DNA of 64,000 bases from Octopus vulgaris (Eukaryota), in the NCBI GenBank assembly GCA_951406725.2, contig OX597820.1, forward strand, positions 111,228,001 to 111,292,000, given 5' to 3'. A program made the position numbers and the translations under genes. The notes beneath the pieces were generated by a model. The model was not told the origin of the DNA and ran no database searches. It saw only the letters and a program-made list of their open reading frames with translations. Position 1 is the first letter of the stretch. The number at the start of each line of letters is the position of its first letter. Shown here piece after piece: positions 53,950 through 64,000 of this stretch.

Positions 53950-56900
53950 GAACATCTACTTTTGACTAAGGTTCACTTTTTATCGTCGGTAACTTTGCTG
54001 CTAAAGCACATCCTCTACAGCCTTTCACTAAATTTTCAATTTCTCAATCCATTTTTGTCCAGTACACGTAGCTACACAACAAAGCTTTCATCCTCGAAAT
54101 ACCAGGATGCCCAACATGAAATTCCCTTAACATTTTCTTCCATAATGTTTCAGCTATCACTACTCCCTTTGCATACATCAGTACGCCTTCACAAATTGAG
54201 TATAGGTTCACATCTTCGTTTCGTTTCGCACCAATCCTGTTCCTATTTACTTTTCCTGACCACAATGTTCTTTTCATTTCCGTTATGAACTTGTCCTTTA
54301 CCGCATTTCGCTTTGTCTTCTAGGGTTACTGGGTAATTCGCGTACCACATTACATTTTTTTTCTTTTGATTTTAAAGCTGCGATTACTGTATCTTCGAAT
54401 GGCTCGCCGTCTTTCGGTATCAGTCCGGACAAACCATCCGCATGTCCTACTTTTTTTTACGGTAAATATTCCATTTTGTAGTCATAATTCAATAATGTAG
54501 TGCCCCATCGTTGTAGGCTATTTGCTGTGTATGTTGGTATTCCTTTTTTAGAACCGTATATTGACAGTGGTGGGCGATAATCCGATTGTAGACAGAAATT
54601 TCTTCCATGAATAAATCTATGAATTTCTTTCACACCGAATATGATTGCTACCGCTTCCTTTTCTATCTGATTATAGTTCCTTTCAGATGGCAATAACGAT
54701 CGTGACACATCGGCTATAGCTTTTTTACTCCTATCGTCATATTTGTGCAGAAGCACGGTTCATACACCGTAGTCACTCGCATCTGTAATCAAAATAATAT
54801 CCAACTTTGGATCAAATGCGTTAACGACAAGTCCGATGTTAAACGCTTTTTAACTCGTCAAACGCCTTTGGCACGTATCAGTTCAACACCATTTTGTATT
54901 TTTCTTTAACAGATCATTGATCGGGGCCCTTACATTATGTATTTTGGGAATGTAGTTTTGATAATAATTTACTAAACCCAACAATACTTGTAGCATAGTC
55001 ACATTATTCGGCGTGGGCATATTTTTTTATCGCAGTTGCTCTAGATGGATCCGGTTTTCTGTCTGTTTTTATCTATTATCTGGCCTAAGTATTTAGTTAT
55101 TTTCATAAAGAACTCGCATTTTTCTTCTGTTAACTTGGAACCATATTCTCTAATCTTCTCGAATACCCTTTTAACTTGTTCTACATGTTATTCATGCGAT
55201 TCACTTTTCATTAGAATATCATCTAAATAGGCGATAGCAAAATCATAGTCACCCAGCATTGTATCCATTATTTGCTGAAATATGGAAGGGCCACTTTTAA
55301 ACCAAAGGGAAGCCGCTTAAATTTAAATAAGCCACGGTGTATATTAATTGTTAATAAATGGGAGCATTCTTCTATTTGGATTTGTAGATATGCCTCCGAG
55401 AGGTCTAATTTTGAAAAGAATTTCCCTCCCTTCAATTTTGCAAACACTTCATCGGGACTCGGCAATGGGTAGTTATGTGAATTTAAGCAATCATTCAAAC
55501 CTGTTGAAAAATTTGCGCAAACACTTAACTTGTTATTTTTCTTTTTTACGTAGACGGTAGATGCTTCCCAGTCTGAGTGGTTCGACTTCTGGATTATTCC
55601 TAGGCTTTCAAATTTTTCAAGTTCCTTGTTTATCTGGTCTATTGCCGCGAACGGTACATTCCGTTTTGGCTTAAATACAGGTGTTGCACTTTGTTTCACT
55701 GCAATTTTCTGCCTTTACTTTCATACAACAACCCAGTTTCTCCGAGAAAACATCTGGAAATAAATGTCTTATTTTCTGCTTCAGTCCCTCAGCCTCATTC
55801 GAACCTTCAACTGGACCGGCTATATTCCCACACAAAACACTTACGGGCGTATTGCACAATTTGAATAGTTCCACCCACTCTGAGCCGAATAGATTAACTG
55901 AATTTTTAGCACATATATTTTTGCCGTTTTCATGTGGTCACGAACTTTACATTACACACAAATTCACCGACAAAATATAATCTTTTACCCGTAACACGAT
56001 ATGCTACTTTTGTAGATTTATTTAATTTCGGTTTCCCGATATACTTTCAAGTTTTTCCGTTCACAGTGGTAATACCACTTCCGGTGTCTAACTGCATTTT
56101 TACTCTTATATTTTAAATTTCACATTTACGAATTTTCTCTTTGTTATATTACCATTCGACGACATACTGTTTATTCTTTTTTCGTTGTTCCAACGATTTG
56201 TCATCTTGGTTTTATAGTGCGTCTTTATGCATCCAATTTTTCCACAACGGAAACATTCCGCTTTCTTAAATGGGCAGTGTTTCCTCAAGTGTAGACCTCC
56301 ACATGCAAAACATGGGCTTTTTCCTGATTTTTGTCAGGTTTGCACTGTATTTTAGTACATACTTGATTTTTATTCTGCGTATTTCGCACGTGTTTCACTT
56401 GGGAACAATCTTTATGTTCAATTTTCTCTGCGCGGAGTCTTAAATTTACTATTCTTTCACACTCTTCTGACACTCGTTGTAAGTTTACAGGTTGGTTTTG
56501 TTCCAACTTAACGAGAATTCTTGTTCTTACTTCTGCGTCTTTCTCTGCAGTTAGTCTCTGAGTAAATATCAAGCACTTGATCATGTCTGCCATTAATTCG
56601 TCCAGCTTGAACTTTTCACATTCCTTGTTATCTTTATCACCATATGTGATGTAGTCCTCCTCCTCGTTGTTCTTTTCTAGCTTCAAACATTTCCAACGTG
56701 TATTCAACAACGAGCTTTTCTCACTAAAAAATTTACACAATATGTCTATTGTATCTTTAAGGTTTATATCAGGGTTTTTTCGGGAATACGTAATTACTGA
56801 ATCGCTCATGTTCTCCTACTGTCAATTTTCTGAAGATTAAACGCTTTTTCCAGTAGTCCCAGTCTTTGCACTCTTTTTTGAAGATTTGTTCATATCCTAT

Positions 56901-57484
56901 TGTAAGCCCCGAAGCTAACTCCTTCGTTTGGTTTGTACTTTAACTCTGCTATCGAGTTCGCAATGTAATCTGGCGAAAACATTTTTTCAGCATTTCCTGA
57001 CGACTTACTATTCATTAATTGCAGCATTTGTTGTAATAGTAATTGTTGTTGTTGTTGTAGCTGCTGCTGTTGTTCTTTCAGTTGTTGTTGTTGCTGTTGT
57101 TGTAGCTGCTGCTGTTGTTCTTGCAGTTGTAGCTGCTGCTGTTACTGCTGTTTTTGCAACTTGAGGAAACCAGCCAACAAATTTTCCATAGTTTTACGAT
57201 TTTTTTCCGTAAAATTCGCACAAAAAACTTTTGTGAAATTGTTAATTCTTCGTGAATTTGTTAATTCCTCGTCACCACTGTTGTAATCCTTAATGTCGGA
57301 TTGTTATAATTCCCACTCTGACATAGCTGTATAGTTAGTAAGACCAATAAAGACAAGACTATCTATAACCGCCTACTTTGTACACTCTCTTTATACTGAC
57401 TGACATCGCCTTATTTATAGCGACTAGCATATACCACTCATTACATGGGAGGAGTATACCATTATTACGATTATTCCCACAATA
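53950..57484 (-). mobile_element. Gypsy (Mag-like) LTR retrotransposon, 3'-truncated, decayed
   Basis: LTR 57279-57484, PBS-like TGGTGACGAGG, Gln-rich gag, CCHC, LDTG protease, RT KLDLSEAYLQ..RLPFG..YLDD, RNase H ERNY.QIEKEA, integrase HVGHPG. Confidence 0.92.
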
Positions 57485-58248
57485 CTTAGTATGAGAGCTT
57501 TTGCAAGATTTGAAAGAAGAAAAAATAGAAGGGAAATAATAAAGAATCGAATGAAAATAAGAGAATAGTGAAAAAATGTCGGTCAGAAATTACAAGGCGG
57601 ATTTCTAAGCATCCGACCGCAGGCGCATTGTCCTTGCGGTGTTGCACGCGTGTATTATCTTCATTATAGAAAACTGCATTGGGAAATATTTATTCATTAA
57701 TACTTATTAGCAGTACCCATGGGAATTCCACGGTGATTTTGAAAATTGTGAAGCGGAATTGTATATTTTTCTGAAGTATTTGATTCGTGAGATTGTGTAA
57801 AATTTCCACATAGGTAGTACTGAAAGTACACAATCTCAAGAAATATCTCTAAAAGCTTATGTTCTTAAATCTTCTACTGAATTGATATCTATTTTTCACT
57901 CTATGTTAAGTAACCAGCGTTGACTGGTATAGCGTTTTCCATTAACGCGTTCCCTTCAGTGAGCACTTTTCTTTTATTCATTCTCTCCCTCTCTATCTAT
58001 CTAGTATCTTTCTATATATTTATCTATCTATCTGTCTTTTCTACCTCTTCAACTCCTTAACGACATGTCATTATAAGAATCTCTTTCTCTGAGCTCTCAC
58101 TGCTAACACTCTTCTTTCTCTTTCTCTCATAGCATCTCCTTCAACTAACCATGTGACACCGTCACACATTTGATCTTAGCGCATTAGAATACAGATTAAA
58201 GCCAGAGTAGTGGATTGGCAGAACCATTAGAGTATCAGGGAAAAATAC

Positions 58249-59365
58249 TGCTACAGACGCAAGGTAAAATGTAAACGAAAAAAAACATTATGCCCCTTGT
58301 TCCATTAGTTGGAATCGAACCGGCGCTCCAGTTGTTCAGGACAATGGTATTTCCTTTGTCCTGTCAAAGAGCATGGTTATTAATGGCCCCAGGCAGTGAT
58401 CTATGGCCCCCACACAGTCACGGAAAGTTTAAAAAAATAAAAATGTTGGAAAAGGATGTACACACTGCTGTCATCGATATCTCTCTTCTTCTAGCTGCTG
58501 GCCGTTATAAATACGGCTAGCATTAAGTAAAAGTTGGAGTCGGCGAGAGGCAGCCAATGAAGATGACAGTCAGGGTCTAGAGAGAGACAGACAGTGAGTG
58601 TGAGAGATGACAGGACGAGAGGTAGTAAGCAAGATGACAGTGGCAAACTGAGAGACAGAGATGACAACGAGCGGCCGGCAAGTTGTTATAGTGGGAGTTT
58701 TGTGAAGTTAAAATTGTTGCGGACGCGAGTTAAGAAGCAAATGTTCTGGTAATGTTGTTTTCTGTATGTTTTGAATTCTAATGTTTAAATGTAAATGTCT
58801 AAAAAAGAAGAAAAGAGAGAGGCTCTGACGTAACCGTTGAAAAGAAAAAAAGAGCGTGTTGTTGGCTGTTTTTAAAAGAAAAGAAAAGGATGAAAAAAAG
58901 AACTTGGAAATGTTTTTAAAAGGAGAGGGAACCTTTTTGAAAACTGTCGTGTTAAAAAAATAAAGAGGAAAGTGAAGCTCTAAGAGACTGTTGATTGTGA
59001 ACTTTGTGCTAAATGTAAAAAAAAATAATGTGTCTTAAAAAACGAACTATATTGTGTCAAATGTTAAATTATTTATTTTTCGAACTCTGTATTATGTTTA
59101 AATGCAAATGATTTGTTCTCCGAACTCTGTACATGATCTGTTAACCTTTGTTTTGAATGCTTTGGTTTTGTTTTGAAAAAAAAAATTGTTTCAATTACGC
59201 AACTTCCGCCTGTATGTCCTTTCTTTTGTTGTTATGTTGGTTCCTGGCTGCGTTCGCCGCCTTCCTCCCTTCCCGTGGTGGATTTCCGGTTTACTGAGAG
59301 ACATCGTCGCGACTTAGGGCCCGTGGTGGAATCGGAAGGCCTTGGGTCTGAGTGGCGGCGTAACA
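58249..59365. mobile_element. Solo LTR (~1.1 kb) inserted into a SINE
   Basis: TGCTAC..GTAACA termini, 4-bp TSD ATAC (58245-58248 and 59366-59369); SINE head at ~58205-58248 and SINE body at 59370-59525. Confidence 0.75.
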
Positions 59366-59524
59366 ATACTTTACTTTGCGTTCTGAGTTCAAATCCCGTC
59401 AACTTTACCTTTCATCCTTTTAGGATCAATAAGATAAAGTACCAGTCAAGTACTGGATGAGTCGATGTAATCAACTAGCCGTGTGCCGCTAAAATTGCTG
59501 AGCCTGGGCCAAAATTTGAAACCG

Positions 59525-59598
<74 letters not shown>

Positions 59599-59699
59599 GT
59601 CGTCGTCGTTGTCGTTGTTGTTGGGAGGGTGGATATTTTACATAGATAAAGGATTTTCGTGTGCTGAAGAAACTTAGGTTAGTGGTGTTAACCTGCGAG

Positions 59700-60560
59700 T
59701 TTCATCGGTGAAACAATTTTTATTGTGGCTTCAGGAGATAGTTATAATATGAAGTAGAAACGTGAGACCCTGTCTGTAAACAAGAACCTGAAACATAAAA
59801 AAATTTACGAGAATTTGTGGAGAGTATGATATTAAAAAGCAAATGGTTTCATTCATACGCAAGTCCAAGAACAAACACGCGTCATTTTCTTTGAAATATA
59901 ATGCTGGTGAAAATTCTAAATCATCTGCCGGTACAAGAAGCAATGAAATTTGTAAAAGATGCCAATCTTAATGAGGCAATGATGAAAGTGGTTTATTCCC
60001 CGACGATTCTGTAGCAACAACGGCCGTTCTGTAGAAATTCAAAGTTTCAAAGTGCTGCTTCCAAGTTAATTAGGCAAATGGGCATCAAGAATTTGGATGT
60101 TAGTAGTTAGAGTTATGGCAATGTAGAAATCACCGTAGAAGGGTTTATAAAATTGCTAATAGTAAAACAGGCAGCGAAACAACCGCGAAATCTAACCATT
60201 CTAAACGAGGTTAATTAAGAGTGAAAAGATCTTAATTTTCCAAAGGTATTATGGAAACGAAACTGGGTTGTGCTGTCATTGGCTCCACAAGAACACACAA
60301 GCTTTTTATTATAATGACACCTCTACACCTGCTTGTAAATTAAGGAACGCTTTTCAGCTGATGGTGTGCGCCGTTTAAAGTTAACGGTAGTTACGAGGTA
60401 AACACATCCACGCGTTTTGAAGGACAATACAGTTGCTCTCAGTCTATTATTAAACACTCAAAGCCACCAGTATTCAGCATGCATGTCCTTAATGACATTT
60501 TTGCTGCAATGTGTAAATAGCAGGAAGGTGTTCTTAAACTTTATGTTCGTGAGTTGAAGA
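59700..60560 (+). pseudogene. Highly decayed piggyBac-like transposase
   Basis: Loose motifs GRSV..LPS..GK.GIK..W, A.IGST.RT, FSMH; many indels. Confidence 0.4.
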
Positions 60561-61617
60561 TGCTACTAATTTCGATCAGCTGGCAACCAGCTGTTCGCCC
60601 AGATGACTACCAACTTCACTGTAATGACGATTAATAAATAAAGTGCATGATCTGTTTGTCCAGTATTACCTCCACAATTCAACCAATTGATTAAGATATA
60701 ATTGTGACCTGCAAGAGATTATACCAACGAAAATATTTGGATGAAATTCTCGTGATGATCGAAGAGAACGATTTTATAGAAGACACACGATTCGTAATAT
60801 TCATTTTAGCAGCTTCGTAGAAGGCACTGAATATTACTATTATAACTTACTTAAGTCTATCATGAACTCGGAGGTCGTAGCTCAATCCAGTTTTTATGGC
60901 GTAAAAGTGGCTGAAACTGCAATACTACCTCCTGGACAGAACGCCGATCAACTGCAGAGTTATCTTCCCAGCTATTGCTGGAACTCACATTTGAGGCAAC
61001 TGGAGCAAGGTGAAATGAAGTGTTTTGCTCAAGACCACTACACTTCATCCAGTCTAAAGATTGAAACCACAATCTTATGATCGTGATTGCAACGCCCTAA
61101 CCACTAGGCCACACACTATTCAAATTAATGCTTCGAAAATGTTATGCGTAGATAGAATACAATTCGAAGACATTCAACGTAAGGGATCTTCTTCGTATAA
61201 CTGAGAGAAAATCGAAACATGTAATAAAATTGATGTCAAAACCTAGATGGAAGACACAGAGGGTGACCCTAGATATCAAGTGTTAACAGGAGCGAATGAA
61301 TTTCTCTTTGGTGACAGGAAAGATAGTGAGGTTCATGAAAATGACGAACCATTACAGAAGAAACCTAAACTTTCTGTTATTCAAGAAACCATTGATAATG
61401 TCATTTTGTACATTGGCTTGTCAACAGTAATAGACGTTCACCAATATTATCAATACAGGTGCAGATGTGACTGTGTGGTAAGAAGCTTGCTTCTCAACTA
61501 TGTGTTTCTAGGTCCAGTCCCATTTCGTGGCACGTTGAGCAAGTGTCTTCTACTATAGCTTCGAGCCGATCAAAGTCTTGTAAGTGGATTTGGTAGATGG
61601 AAACTGAAAGAAGCCCG

Positions 61618-61657
<40 letters not shown>

Positions 61658-62068
61658 ATTTGTTATTAACGACAGAAGCAGTATTAATTCAGAATAGAAT
61701 TTTGGATGTCTTGCTTAACGTGGATATTCTGTACAAAGCTATAAAACAGCATTATTCATCTTGGGAAGCCATCTCATATAGAAGTATAGTGCTAAAAGCA
61801 CGCAAAAGCACAGAAGTGAATCAGTAGCGGTCGAAATGCATCCAATAGAAATCCCGGGTTTAGCAATTCCACCACACCACCTGGACACATTTCGTCTGTT
61901 ATTGATACGTTTTTGTGCTTTTTAACACTATACTTTTATGCCAGATGCTTTCTCAAGACAAATATTGAAGTGTTCTGATTTTCTACAGTATATCCACTTT
62001 AAGTAAAATATATAGACTATGTGTATGTGTGTGTTTGTGTCTGTCTGTCCGTGCGTGTGTGTGTGAGT

Positions 62069-63476
62069 GCGTATGAAACCCTGCGCTCATCAGGGGCAGC
62101 CGTTATGGAATGAAATATGGTGACTATTCCCTATTGTTGGGGGATGCGTAGGTACATCCGGTTGCTGTGAAAAAGATGATGAAACGAATCGAGCAAGGGA
62201 TTGAATTAAGAGTTATGTCCCTTGGTACTCAAACATCGTCTCTGAGGGTGGTGTTGTTGCAAATCGGCAAGAGTTTTCTAGAAAAGAGTTATATCTTTAA
62301 AGTTGGTGTTCTTGTGGAAATGGAATGTGTATAGTGGTACTATATGTATAGCTTTTACGGTGTACGGGACATAGTTGGGAGACTGGTAATTATAGTCAGG
62401 TATTATAAAATGTACTTCCTTTCGTTTGGGCAAGGATAAAAATTTCACTTCTGCCATTCAGGTAAATGCCTTGGTGTTGGGTGGTCTTTAAAATCGCTCT
62501 TTCACCAGCCAAACATAATTTGCACTTCCTATTGTTATTGAAGAACGCTTTACATTTCTCTAGAATCTTCCTCTTAATGCTGTACTTAGTGGTACTTTCT
62601 TTCAATCACCATAAGTGCTTGGCCAGGGTTGTATAGTTACGTCACTCTGGGGTTTTGAAGGCGGACTTGTGGTTGTTTTAATAGGTTCTTAAGGGGCCTT
62701 CAGTTTCTCCCACATACTTTCGCACATTTGGTTGCCCATTTAGTCTTATTACTGTTACCTCTGCCTCGTATACGACGGTCTCCGTGGTACAGTGGCCGTT
62801 CAGTGGACATGTTGTATTACTACTACATGAGCACACCACACCTGTCTCAGGTGTGGACCTACCAACTAAAATCTTTTTTACATTGGTGCACAGCTAAAGG
62901 AAATTCTCAGGGTGTGCCTATTAAATATTTTGTTGAACCTATTTGTACGGAGAATTGCTTGTCTACTAAGTTAAGAAAAATGTTACTTACTCGGATTTTA
63001 ACACTTAAAGAGAAGGGTGATGTGAACCACAGCAATTTTCAGTGGCGCTTTCTCTTGGCGTGCCACTAATTCTATTCTTGAAACCACTGGCGGCCAGAGC
63101 TTAATTGTAGTACGGGGCGGCAGCATCAAAAATGTCTTTGCTTGAAGATAGGTTGGAGATTCTTCTACTAATGCCCTTTACTAGGTTCATGAATGAGAGG
63201 AACCTGTGTTGATATATGACAGCTTATTATTTGGCTTCCTAAAGGGTCTATAGGCACCGGACTATAGCCTCCTTGATGTGAACCTGAACTTGCAACCCGG
63301 TGCCTATAGAGCTTTTAGGAAGCCAAATGAGAAGTTATAATATGTTAATACAGTTTCCTATCATCCAGCCATACTTTTCAAGAACCTGGTACAGGATGTC
63401 AGTAAAAGAATCTTTAACATATCTTCAAGCAAAGATATTTTTTTATGCTGTCACCCCGTACTACAATGAAGCTGAG
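62069..63476 (-). mobile_element. Naiad-type Penelope-like element 4 with inverted 5' segment
   Basis: Minus strand: YRPFRKPN..ISRRISNLSS..APYYN, CSC..CPLNGHC..VVYEA..YVGETE..NHKSAF..CKLC..LN.RSE; plus-strand 63297-63476 is an inverted homologue of the thumb; partial hammerhead core at 62087-62093. Confidence 0.85.
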
Positions 63477-63519
63477 AAAACAGGTATTCTGATTGCGTCC
63501 GCATACAGGAATTCATCTA

Positions 63520-63914
63520 TATTTGTTTGAACAGACGGCTATGTGAAGATGTTGAAGCCTATGGTCAATCCTTGGCTGGAAAGTTGCTGCTGGAAGACTA
63601 TATAAGTGGCAGAAGAATTCGTCTCCATACCATACCTCTGAAAAGAGTTAGAAGTGGTTGTCAGAGAATTTCTAGGAATTCACCAGCCCCTGCTTATAGC
63701 CTTCTAATTCTTTCAATTGTAACCCCATGAATTACTATGTGTGGGGCGCAGTTGAGAAAGACACCAACCGCTCTGCCTGCAACACCAAGGCCGAGCTGGT
63801 TGCCATGATCAAGAGGTGTTCGAAGATCTTCCAGAGTACAGTGAGGAACGCATGCACCAAGGTCCGAAGCCGTCTTGAGGCAGTGGTGGTAGCTGAGGTC
63901 GTCTACTTTGAGTA
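63520..63914 (+). pseudogene. Tc1/mariner-superfamily (DD37D maT-like) transposase 3' fragment
   Basis: CNPM(N)YYVWGAVEKDTN..NTKAEL..VRNAC..RSRLEAVV.AE..YFE. Confidence 0.7.
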
Positions 63915-64000
63915 AAGTGTTATCTTCTAGCTATAGTCTAGCTGATATTTTTTCATCTTTTAAAAATACTTTTATTTTTGGATGGAATATTGTGTTTACT

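Noticed and set aside
62600-62650. In-frame TGA codons in a Naiad endonuclease as selenocysteine (some Naiads are known selenoproteins)
   Set aside because: The TGAs (PE*RNY, LW*LK) are not at conserved Cys positions, the copy has other frameshifts, the Cys motifs in all Naiads here use TGT/TGC, and no SECIS was recognised

Overview
This is AT-rich, microsatellite-dense animal DNA made up almost entirely of transposable elements. The SINE signatures resemble octopus/cephalopod repeats (inference). No intact host protein-coding gene, rRNA, tRNA or CRISPR array is supported. 1-21.7 kb holds a same-orientation stack of R4/Dong-clade (RT + restriction-like endonuclease) non-LTR retrotransposons from at least four families, inserted in (TAA)n, interspersed with decayed hAT/mariner/Tc1 pieces. 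21.7-33.7 kb holds two Gypsy elements, SINEs, a TTAA-flanked MITE and a Helitron (Pif1 helicase, 3' hairpin-CTAG). 33.8-51.5 kb is a cluster of Penelope-like elements (Naiad- and Neptune-type GIY-YIG) associated with (TA)n, with fold-back 5' inversions and several recognisable hammerhead ribozymes. 53-64 kb holds a mariner, a Gypsy, a solo LTR splitting a SINE, piggyBac-like and DD37D fragments, and another Naiad. The most notable observations are: (i) a ~555-bp non-coding element present twice with the same ends in (TAA)n that looks Dong-mobilised; (ii) long-stem-II hammerheads with palindromic stem III, and a non-canonical CUGAUGCR-core hammerhead in the Neptune pLTR; (iii) two Neptune copies with reciprocal inversion/tail architecture. 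Coordinates of decayed elements are approximate and identities were estimated by eye.
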